Shown here: piece by piece, positions 36,173 through 47,168 of the stretch
Numbering within the stretch: position 1 is the stretch's first letter
Layout: every line of letters starts with the position of its first letter
Source of the DNA: Tricharina praecox
Taxonomy: Eukaryota
Reading direction: 5' to 3'
DNA length: 64,000 bases
NCBI RefSeq assembly: GCF_024521635.1
Contig: NW_026250410.1
Coordinates: 868,001 to 932,000, forward strand
The notes under the pieces: model-generated
The model's database searches: none
What the model saw: only the letters and a program-made list of their open reading frames with translations
What the model was told of the DNA's origin: nothing
Position numbers and translations under genes: made by a program

Positions 36173-37327
36173 CTAAGCAGTCTTCCCCCCCTTCCCGCGG
36201 TCCTTTGCGAAATAGCCATGGCCCTCCTCCTCCTCGCCCTCTTCAGGCTCGTCCATCTGCTCGCCCTCACTAAAGCTCTCCCAAACCCACTCATCCACCT
36301 CCACCTCCACCTCTTCCACCTCCCCAGCCTGCTCCCCAGCCTGCTCCCCAGCCTGCTCCCCAGCCTGCTCCCCAGCCTGCTCCTCGCCACCCTCCTCCCG
36401 CACCTTATTCTTCTTCACCATCATGACCTTCCTCCTCCTGCGGCCCCCCTGATGTTCGGCCTCGCCCTCCCTAATCTGCCCCTTCTCGATCTGCACCCTT
36501 TCCAGCCTGCGTAGAAAATCGCTCTTCCCGGCCAACTGCTCAGCAAACGGCCACTCCTTCGCTTTGACCACCGCAGGCGAGCACTGGACCCTATGTACGC
36601 CGACGGCAACAACCTTCCCGCATGCCGGATCCTGCATCGCCTTGCGCCAGTGTTCATTCTCCTCTAGCAGCGGGGGTCTCGGCACAGCCGCCGGCTTCCT
36701 CCGCCTGCCGCCGACATACGCCGCCGCCGCCGAAAAGTCGCGCTCCGAGTAGTAATAGCCTCCGCCGGAGATGCGCGGGGGCTCCCTGTAGGCCGCACCT
36801 GCCACCCCCACCTCCCCCTCCCCATCCTCCCCATCCTCCCCCTCCCCCACCACCCCTTCAGGCGTACCAACATAAACCTCACTCCCCACGGTCCCCGCCC
36901 AGCGCCCCGCCCAAATCCTATTCTGGTACCCGACGAGCACCTCGTCCCCCTCGAGCCCCAAGAGCTGCAGTCGATCGCGGCGGGCAGTAGCGCCGCGCGC
37001 CCACTTCGGTAGCTGCCGGGGCGCCTGCAGCCGTGAGGCGCCGAGCATGTGTGTCGACTTTTGCGGGTGGCTCGTGGCGGTCGGCGCGGCGGCCTTTTTG
37101 AGGGATGCGTTGGTGAATGGGTTCGTGCTGGGACCGGCTTGGACTGGTGCTGGGATCGTGAGGTCGATTGTTATGTAGTACTCCTCTGGGTCGGCTGACG
37201 AGTCGGTTTCGTATTCGGAGTCATCGTCGGGGGTGGGAACGGCGGAAGCGTGGGGTGGTGGGGGGTTGGCGGTGGCGGATGCGCGCGGTGGTGGGGCGGT
37301 GGACAATGGCGCGGGGTGGGTCGACAT
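36173..37327 (-). CDS. Transcription factor TFIIIC triple-barrel-domain subunit (TFIIIC sub6 family)
   Basis: Acidic EEYYITIDLT segment and RLQLLGLEGDEVLVGYQNRIWAGRWAGTVGSEVYV match the recalled family motif (LQILxL...P.V.Y....F...W...IGTEL.F). Likely start is MSTHPAP rather than the track's upstream start. 12-bp repeat encoding EQAG x5. Confidence 0.6.
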   Translation of the reverse strand: MSTHPAPLSTAPPPRASATANPPPPHASAVPTPDDDSEYETDSSADPEEYYITIDLTIPAPVQAGPSTNPFTNASLKKAAAPTATSHPQKSTHMLGASRLQAPRQLPKWARGATARRDRLQLLGLEGDEVLVGYQNRIWAGRWAGTVGSEVYVGTPEGVVGEGEDGEDGEGEVGVAGAAYREPPRISGGGYYYSERDFSAAAAYVGGRRRKPAAVPRPPLLEENEHWRKAMQDPACGKVVAVGVHRVQCSPAVVKAKEWPFAEQLAGKSDFLRRLERVQIEKGQIREGEAEHQGGRRRRKVMMVKKNKVREEGGEEQAGEQAGEQAGEQAGEQAGEVEEVEVEVDEWVWESFSEGEQMDEPEEGEEEEGHGYFAKDRGKGGKTA

Positions 37328-38017
37328 CGCGGCTATGTGTGAGGTTTGAGATGGTGGGGATGAGGTGGTGGTGGGGTGAGTCGCGCCTGGCGAGGAGACT
37401 CGAGAGTGAAGCAGTATATGGAAAAGAGTCGCGTTGCGTTGCGAGCTAGTCAATGGTGGGGCAACCCTGAACACTCACCAGCAGATCCAGCAGATCCATC
37501 TCCAGATCCAGACATTTCATTCGTAAGATAAGCGCACCACCAAATGACTAGTTAGAATAGGTAGAACAGCAGGACGACTATTAAACCACTAAACCAATAC
37601 CGAATCTCCTAGTTCCAAGTTCCCCACGGATTTTTCTTTCCCCCTCCCCTCCCCTCCTCTTCCTTTCCTTCCCTTCCGCTATGCCGCACACGCAAAAACG
37701 CCGTCCCCCCCGCAGAGTGAGTTCCTACACGCAAACAGACAGACAGACCGACAGACCACAAGCAAAACAAAAACAAAAAACGACGACGACGGGTAGGTAG
37801 ATACATTCCCCAAGTCAAGAGAATAGTAGAGTAAGTAGACACCAGACCAGGCTTCAGATGAAAGAAAAAAGGACGAATGACAAAAGACAAAAGACAAAAG
37901 GACGAAAGACAAGACAAAAGACTGTAATTGCGCTCGCTCGGGTATGCCATGTCTGCTCTAACCCAACACCCAATAGCCCTACTCCCCGATGTCTGCAGTA
38001 GGTACGAGTACGAGTCC

Positions 38018-39697
38018 TCACAATCCGTTCTGGAGCCTTTCGATCTGCATCTGCATCACATCATTCCTGAGCAGCAGATCTCTCTGTTCCTGCGTCATCA
38101 GCGGGCTCCTCCTATCGATCGACTCGATGGGAGGGGTGAGGGTAGTAGTAGAATCGGACTGCTCCGAGCCGGAGCCATGCTCCTGCGCATTCGCATTGGC
38201 ATTGGCGGCAGTAGTAGTCGCAGTCGTAGTCGTAGGATCGATATCGAAAGCGCCCCGCAGGCGCGCAACGACCGCGGCCGTAGCGAGCGCCGCAAGCGAG
38301 CCAGGTCCACTGCCAGGGATGAATTCAGCCTGCTGCTGCAGCAGCGCGCGGCGGACGACCCTGCGCTCCGACGGGCCCACGGAGCCGAGTCTGGCCAGCG
38401 GTCCGGACTCGTCTTCGGCCAGCCCGAACGCGCCGCGGACTTCGCGCCGAGCATCGTCAATCTCCAGGGCCTGTTGTTCGACCTAGTCAGTCGTTGATCA
38501 GATCAGCAAGTCACGCATAACGCGCCGAGTAGGAATGGAGCGACGCACCCTGCGCAGTTCCCGCCTGGTGCTCCTCAGCAGCGCAAACTCGCTAGCCAGC
38601 AGGTCGATCCGCGTTTGCATGGCGCGGAGTCTCGCCTCGCGAATACGCAGACTGTCGACGGCGCGATTCCGGTCCCGGCGGTTCGGTCCCGTTGAAGGCT
38701 CCGGCTCCGGCTCGTGCGTCATCGCCTCGCGAAGAGCAACCTCGGACACGGCATCTTCCAGCGTCGAGGTGGTATTATCGACATTGTTCAGCATTACATC
38801 CTGCAGCGCGCCGATGCGGCGGATCTGGTTGACCAGCGTGTCGAAGGAGTCGAGTCCAGCAGCAGCAGCAGCAGCGGTACGTTCAGTAGCCGTCGAGGAA
38901 GTAGTAGTAGTAATTCCCGCGGCGGGGCGGGGTGTCGGCGCTCCGGTTCCCGCAGTCGCCGCAGGTGGCAGCATCCCCGGCGCGGGCGGCAAGGGCGTAT
39001 AGCTCGCCGTAGTAGTAGCCGTAGTCGCAGCCGCTGCCCCACCGGAGCCAGGGACAATGCCGAACCGCAGCCTCCCCACCGGCGTATGATCAAACAACGA
39101 CCTCCTCCACTGCGCCTCCGTCATGGGCACCAGATCCCGCTCACGATCACGGTCTCTATCGCGATCACCGCGACGATCACGCTCCCGCTCGCGCTCACTG
39201 CGCCGGTGCACCAGCAGCAGCTGCAGATGTCGTTCCGCCTCGTTGCTCGCGGCAGACGCCTGACTCGTCTCCCTTAGGAACTCATCGAGGGTCAACATGC
39301 TTCCCGCGCCGTCCCTGCCGTCCCTGCCGTCCCTGCCGTCCCTGCCATCCCTGCCATCCCTCCTCCTTGCACTAGCCGTCGTCGCAGGCGGCGCAGGACC
39401 CGAAGCCTCTTCGTCGCCCGTGAGGTCGATAACGATCCTCCTTCCGGACTGTGCCGCCGGTGTCGGTGTTTCTGCGCCCGCCGCGGGATCGATCGGGTCG
39501 AACCAGGTTCCGGTCGGCAGCCTGTTGCAGCGCGCAGACGCGGAAGACTTGTCGGCTGACCGCGATGGCGGACTCTCCCATACTGCGGGCGTCAGTCACC
39601 GTGGAAACACAGCAACACGGCATAAACAGACAAGCATGGCTAGATGGATAGATAGATGAATAGATGAGGAGCGCATGCACTCACATGGTATTCCCAT
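38018..39697 (-). CDS. Hypothetical low-complexity/coiled-coil protein with a SIM-like motif; 3 exons
   Basis: 13-nt exon 1 (39697-39685, MGIP|L). Intron 39684-39583 (GTGAGT..CTGAC..CAG). Exon 2 runs through ORF 38498..39298. A second intron (~38548-38483; GTGCGT..TAG) joins ORF 38018..38380 in frame. Contains IVIDLTGDEE and (RDG)n/(RD)n repeats. Confidence 0.7.
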
Positions 39698-40663
39698 AGT
39701 TCACCGCTAATAGCTACCCCGAGTTGCGTTGCGTGATAGCCCCGAAGGATTCCGAAGGATTTTCGAAGGTCCTCGAGTGTTCTCCGAAGGCCCGAAAGGA
39801 AATGGTAACTTAAAGAGATGTTAGGTCTCGATGCTCGCGGAGATGAGCAGCGGCAGCGACGCGGTTTACGCTTTGTGGGTGACGGTGGGGGGAGGGGCGA
39901 GGTGATGGTCAAGCGTTCAAGGTTGAATACTCGAGCGGGAAGGGAAGGTAGCCGGCGTGGTGGGCGGTGGGTGTTGTGGTTGTGATTGCGTAAGAACCCG
40001 GACCTTACTTAGGGGGTCAAGTCCCTCTACGTCGATCGACCTATCCGGTTCCTCTCTAGTGCGTTCCGTAGGGCTGGCTGGCTTCTCGCGCGCTTTCTCT
40101 CGCCGCCGTGACGTGACGTGCGAAGTTGATTTAGAACGAAGGGAAAGGGAAAGGGCAGGGCGGGCGGATGTGGGATGGGAATGCGATGGAGTGTGCGATG
40201 GAGGGATGGATCGGCTACGTCCAGCCTACCTATGCAAAACACTCTCTATGAAACCCTACTTGCTAAATCGCTGATGCGATGCGACTGCGGCCCTGCGGGC
40301 GGGTGCTATATCGCAGCACCCCAGCTCACATGAGTACTTTACATAGCACCTGCTCCACGTAAAATAGTTCACGAACAAGCCACGATCTTCAGGCGTCGTA
40401 TCCGCAACTTCACGAAAAATGATTCACACTTTATGTATATCAGTATCCGGCATTTATATTCAACAAATCTACAGCAAGAAAGGCACATTCCTTATATTGT
40501 ACCCATCCAAAGCGCCACCCATTCCTGAAAACTTCAAACTAAAGGTATCGTGCAAGCCCCAAAAACAAACCATCCGAAAACTAAATCATCAAAGTATTGC
40601 CAACATGTACGGGAAAAAATTAAAAAAAAACTCCGGTAAAAAAATAAGCAAAAACACCCGTCT

Positions 40664-43553
40664 TTAGTCGTCGACCGCCTGGGACGGTATAGGACGGCTG
40701 AACGAGTTGGGGAACGGGTGGGCGGTGCTTATGGTCGAGCCGCGCCTGCGTATCGACGACAACTCGGCATCGCGCTGTTCCTTAGGCAAAAGGACCTAGC
40801 AGACTTGTGAGCTGTGATGGATTGAAACGTGAAGGGACTGGAACTTACAGCACGGTCAAGCTCATATGGCAGACCACGATGACGACCACGAAGCTGCATG
40901 GCAATGATAACCAACTTGCTCACAACGCTGAACTTGCCGGAGAACGAAGGGTTGAATCCGGGGTAACCCAGACTGAGTCCAACAGTACCATAAGCCGAAA
41001 CAACTTCGAAAAGTACCGAAAAAACCGTGAAGGCCTGCAAAACTGATTAGTACGGATAAAGCACCCCCAAACTAGGATGAACTTACATAGTCGTTGATAT
41101 TCTCGATATGCCTTCCCTCGGCAATCGAGATGACAAAGAGCCCTAGGAAGATATACCACAGATCGAAGGAGAGCTGTTTCCTCAGATGGAATCCCACGTA
41201 CGACGCACCGGATGGTCCCGCCTCCATATCATCGTCTCCACCGTAAAGACCAAGGGATTTCTCCTCGTAGACGTTGGTGCGACGAACACTGATGGCAATG
41301 GGGAAGACCGAGATGTACATCATGAGCATGTAGCTAACCTGTACCGCAGGATGCAAAGCCGAGATATTCACAACCGCCAGACCCGCAGTTCTCGTAGAAG
41401 CCGCCTGGAATATCGCCCCCATGATCCGGTGGCCGACCGCTATGCTCGTAACATCCGGGTCTTTGATATCCAATACGATGAAGAGGATCACGTCCGCAAT
41501 ATTGAGGGCAAGAAGCACCCACAACAGAACCCAGGTTTCTCTGCTGGGGAACAACAGAGTAAAACAGCGGCGCGGGTGATCAAGAAGAAAGTTGAGAGCT
41601 TCCTTGATGGAGGAACCTGCGGGTACTATCTTGAAGAGAAGCCAGATCAGGAACCTCAAGAGGCACGGGAATCCGGTATTTCCAATGACGATCAGGAATG
41701 TCATCACCACGAGAATCCAGGTGCACTTCTGGAAAGACAGCATGGAATCCGGCGTCAAAGTGAACCCAAGATCATTGAGAGACGTCTGCGATGTGAATAT
41801 GGCCCTGTTTCAGGCAATTAGACACAGATAAGCTTTCACATAGATATTCAGACTTACCACCACGTAGGACTGACACCCAACGACTGAATGTACTCTTTGT
41901 ACTGGGGTGCGTTATGGATCCAGGGAAGGATACATATGATTCCGAAAGCATGGAAACAAACGTAGTATGCTATTGGGTCTGTTAGCTGGAGCACTACGTC
42001 TCGGAAGAGTACTACTTGCCAACCAGAACCCGGAATAGCAACTTCAAGCTCCGGTATTCGATTCCACCCAGCTCATCGCGCTGCTCGTCAGTCAAGTCCA
42101 CAAATTGCGAGTTCCTTCCGAGCGTGGGCTGGTACGACAGATAAGGCATATCTGGTACCGGTACGGGTTTGCGAGGCGTGTTTGAAAATACACTGAACGA
42201 CCTAACGCGCTTTGCGGGGCCCATGGAGAATGCCGACGTCATGGCCGCCGTTGCGTGGGGAAGGATTCTATCCGCCGTGGGAAGTTTTCGCAAGCGCATC
42301 GAAGCATTCGTTGCAGCAGCCGAAAAACTGTAAGATCTAGACGGTGTGTGTCCGACACGCGTCTCTTCTCCGGTTCTAGCGGGCGCCAATGTGTACGTAT
42401 CATCGTCGTCCACTTCCGTTGCGCGATCGCCTGCGACAGGTGTGAGATGTATTCAGCAACGGGGAGTGCTCCGGGAACGTACCTTTCTCAAACTCTCGTG
42501 GGCCGGGTATCCGCAGAGCCTTTCCGTTCTGGGGAGCCCTTTGGCTCTCGACGAAAGCGATGTGGTTGTTATTGGCGGCATTCCATCCATAGTCCTCCGT
42601 ACCATCACGGGTGCGGGGGGAAGGCAAATCGCTGAACTGAATGTTGCTACTAGCAGTTCCGGGGGGATTGCGGCTAGCCGTGGCTGTGTTCCTGTAGATT
42701 TTATCCGCGTTCAGCATTCCGGTTCGGACGGTTCGGAACGAATGCATCCCCTACCCATTAGCCGATGGCAACTCGGCCATCGTCGACGAGGATGCCCCTC
42801 CATGGCTCGAGTTGTCTTCTTCTTCTCTCATGGGCGCCTTGGGGTCAATTGCGGTATTTGCGGTGCTAGAGCGTTGCATGATCATTCCCTCGGGACCCTC
42901 AACAACCTCGAATTTTCCACTGTTCATGGTATCCTGGTGCAATACACGGATATCACGGCCCTGGATTCCATCCTCGAGCGCCGTGGCTTCTTTTCTACCC
43001 TGCGTGATGGTCCGCGCTCTCGATGGCTGGCGAGACATTGAGACTGTACACGAGTCCGTGAGCACTCCATGACACCCGATTGCCGAGTCCCCGATGACGA
43101 AACTCACCAATGTTCTCGAACCGTTTCTCGAACCAGTGCAGCCGGATTCGCACGACGCAAGTGTTGATAAAAATAGGAGTCGTAAGCATGGTTGCTATAT
43201 AGATCAAGCTTTGCTGGTACGTTTTGATAGAGTTCGTGTCTATACTGCACATGAAACTCAGCCCAGCTCCAACGGAAGATGGCGACAGCAGTCAAACTCA
43301 CGTGTTCAATCCCGATTGTGTACATGCGCCGCTGGCGAAGAAGAGAGCGTCGATATAGGGCATGTTGCTGCCGGCGAATATTATGACGGACAGAACAAGG
43401 CTCATTCCAATTAGGTAACAATCTAGAGTACGGGTCAGCGTCTCCTCTAGCGATAAGAAAAGTAACGGTTTCCGGCCTGCACTCACAGTGTAGAGTGATG
43501 AAGTTAAAATGGACCTTGAACCGTTCCCGGCGGCTTTTCTCCGTTGGCTCCAT
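40664..43553 (-). CDS. TRK1: Trk-family high-affinity potassium transporter (multi-exon)
   Basis: YIDALFFASGACTQSGLNT, LGGIEYRSLKLL, DLGFTLTPDSM, LDHPRRCFTLLFP, STRTAG, FEVVSAYGTVGLSLG, RGRHRGLPYELDRA. Stop TAA at 40664-40666 after the final intron. Confidence 0.95.
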
Positions 43554-43941
43554 GGGCGCGAAATTTGTTGTTGACCTCAGCAAAGTTTAGTTTTGGTGGG
43601 TTCGGTGGTAGTGGTTGGTCGTGGTGGGGGGATGGAGACGGTCTTTATTGGTGCAGGTGGCGGGCCAATTACGTTCCGACAAAGGAGCGTGTCCGGAGGA
43701 GGAGGGAGGACGAGGACGAGGACGAAGAGGAGAGGGAGGAGAGGCCTCAAGACTAGGGGTTGACACGACTCGAATAATGGGTTCAAGTAGCTCACGCGGG
43801 ACGATAAGAGCGGTGGCGGACCACGGGATTGTCGCAGTTGGAAGGTGACGAGGCGGCGACACGGTAATTATATCAAAGAGTGTAGACGGAACAAGCCATG
43901 GTGTATTGTGTCAATTGAGCTGGCAGTAATATTTGGGGACT

Positions 43942-44016
43942 GTTGGTGGTGGTGGTGGTGGCGGAGGTGGTGGTGGTGGAGGTGGTGGAGGTGGTGGTGG
44001 TGGAGGTGGTGGTGGA
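43942..44016. repeat. (GGT/GGA)n trinucleotide microsatellite upstream of the Trk gene
   Basis: Read directly from the sequence. Confidence 0.85.
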
Positions 44017-47000
44017 GGTCGCGGATTGGAGGAGTTGGTGGATGGAGGATATGCTCGCAAGCAAGCAAGCAGCAAGCAGGGTGAGGTGAGGTGAGAACTG
44101 ACCAGAAGAACGGATTTCTCTTGTGTCTTTCCTTCTTCCTTTTTTTCGTGCCGGGGGTAGCGCGCCGAGACGCACTCAGCAGCTTGCTTACTTCGACGCC
44201 GTGGAATGTTTGGGATGGGTTTGGCTGGCTGGTGGCTGTTCCTTCCCTCGTCCTGCACCCTTAAACTCTGGAGGGGGGGAGGGGGGGGGGGGGGGGGGGG
44301 GCTGGCCCATTGCCCACCAGCTCTGGAACCCTCCCACCCACGACCCACGACCCATCACCCCCCCCGAATTCATCACAGCCATGACAACCAACATCTGCTC
44401 CAGGACCCCTTGACAACACGCAACAGTCCCTGGCGATCGCACAGCTCGCGCACTGCACAGGGTGGAACTCGACATCCGCATCGCGTCAAGCGCCCGTGGC
44501 GGAACAGTAGTTTCCCATGGTAGAAGCTGCGATTGCACGGCAAACAAAGGACAGGAAAGAAGTTGCAGCTGTTCCAGGCTTCCAGCCCGCTAAGCGAGTA
44601 CATTCCCAAGATCTCGCTACCCAAGAGGTTTCGCCGATCCGCATGAATCCGCCGGGTGGGTGCAGCAGCGCAAAGAAAGCCGAGTCGCGATGTGTTACGT
44701 ACTCAGACACTCATGCTGATGCTTGGCCTCTCTGCCGACTTTCTCTTGAGATGTCGCGATGGCGAGGCAAACGGAACATCCGGGGGAACCCTCTGCAAGC
44801 TACCTAGACGACGCTTTGAGCTCTGAGCTCGTGCGAAGACGTCACGGAACATCACGTCACTTCTTCCTCTAGGTACATATGATAGGTAGATACGGTACTC
44901 CTCCTCAGTGCTCGCCACGCCCGCCAGACCAGAAGCGCACGAACAACACGGAATGCCCAGTCAATGAGACGTGTCGCCGTCCCTTCCATTCGCACGGTGT
45001 TTCCCTCTCTTTCTCCTTCGGAAGGAAGAAACTCCCAATCAATCATCTCACCCGACAAGTCTGGATCCCTCCTCCCCGAAGAACCATGGAAGCCGGGTTA
45101 GTTACTCGAGGTGTGTGTCTCTCGAAGTCTCAGATCTCTCGCCGACCGCCTGCGCCCCTATAGCGAGTCGTCATTGTGGTTATGCAAGCAAAATGACGGG
45201 CGGGACCCGGGAACGCGAGTAGTGCAACTGCGCAAGGCGTGTCTAGTTAGTGTGGTTACACACGGAGTAACGATTTTGCGGAGAGCCAAAGCAGAAGGAG
45301 GACGCGGCGCGAAGAAGGGATGGCGAGGGATCGTTAGGAATCGTGGAGGGTCCAGCTGCCAGCATTCCATTCAACACTAACTAGCAGCCATTCCCCTTCA
45401 TCGTCCATCGATCGGACGTGAAATGAGAAGACGACAACTCCACAGAATCAATTCAATCCATACGGCGCGCAATGCACTTCATCGGTCGTTTATATCTGCT
45501 CTATATACTCTATTCATCTATCGGAGAACTCCAGCTGTCTAACAGCAGCATCCTCCACACACACAGACCCCCAGAGTACATGCCGTACTTTATGCCGTAC
45601 CTTATCTACCGATTGCAGAGATACCGCCCAGCATGAGACAACTCATCCACAATATCACCACGGCCATCCGGAAGTCCAGTGTACTGTACCGGCGAGCTGG
45701 TCGGTCTGCACTATGAAATACCCAATCGCCATGGCGGCGTCCTTCCTCACTCGGCAGCATGTATGTGTACGCACAATGCTTCTTACCAATCATACGGATG
45801 TTTCCCTACACGTTGATGGCACACGTCCGCACTCTACATATGATACATACATTACGGTACTCCCCATCGCGAGATCCCACTCCCCCCACTCGACCCCCAA
45901 CCCCCAAATATCTGCAGCCGAGCATGGCTGCGTGGGTGGGTCTCCGGGATGCGAAACTGGAAACGCAAAACTGGAAACTGGTAACCTCCTATTCATTCCC
46001 GGGAACAGCGGCGGCGGCGGCGGTGGGTGGATCTGTGGCTCTACATACAGCCATAGCCGACCTTGTCCTTGTCCATGTCCATGTCCACTTCACTGTGTCC
46101 GTGGCTGTGGCTGTACACGGGTGCCACCCGGAATCCAATCTCTCAGGAGTCAGGATTAATGTACTCGGTACGTACTACTATAGGTACATACAGTGCTTTG
46201 CACAATCATTCATCCATCCGGCTATACTAGGTAACAGCTATACCTCCACGTGTTTGTGTTTATGTTTGCTTTTGCTTTTACCATCGCGAACAAAACAACA
46301 AATGTACATATGTGGCATAGAGTGCTCGTTTGTTCATCGTAGCGTTCCACGCGCGCTGAGCTAGAGGATATATCTATAGGGTATCGTAGTTGCGATGATC
46401 AGGCGCCACGCGAAGTGTGTATGTGTGTAGGACGGTAGTTTGGATCGGAATGCGGGGTGATGATGATGATAGATATCGACGTTTGTTTACCTATTACCGC
46501 CGCCGCTGTTGTCGTTGTCGTCTGGCGCTCGCTGCTGTGATCATTGTGATCACTACCGATGTTGGAACGGAAAAGCGAGTGTGATTGGCACCAGTGACGA
46601 TGACGGACCTGCTCCGTTGGCTTGCAGGAGGAGGCGCAGCAGCAGCGCAGAATCGCGGGGTGAGACAGCGGGTACCAGTACAATCATACATAAGACCGAT
46701 GAGCGCAGGCGCGGGGATGGGGGATGGGGGTGGGGTTGGGATTGACGGAAGACTGCCGCTGTTGGATCAAGTCCTACATCCTACATCCTACATACATCCG
46801 TGTGTGCCGGCGAAATCGCGCAAGTCTGCAGACTCCTGAGCCAGAGGAGAGGAAAACCCAAGCCCGCCCGCCCTGTGCTGGTGCCGACACGCGAGCAGTG
46901 AGCACCGGAATACTTCCTACACACATACACACGTTAACCGGGAATCCCGGATTGATCGGCTTCCTCGCGGCCAGCCAGCCAAGCTTTACTCTAGGTACTC

Positions 47001-47168
47001 TACTCTAGTTAGCCATGCAGGCATGTCCACAGTGTAACCTGCTAGTTAGTTAGACTGTGATACAGCGGCTCCAAAAAAAAAACCTCAAGCCTCAACCCCA
47101 CCACTCGCGAGTCCCCACCACCCCACCACTCCGCACTGCATCCCACTGCATCCCACTGCACGCACGCA

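Noticed and set aside
43845..44547. Poly-Trp/Pro/His/Gly ORFs upstream of TRK1
   Set aside because: Derived from the (GGT)n repeat and the poly-G run at ~44272-44302.
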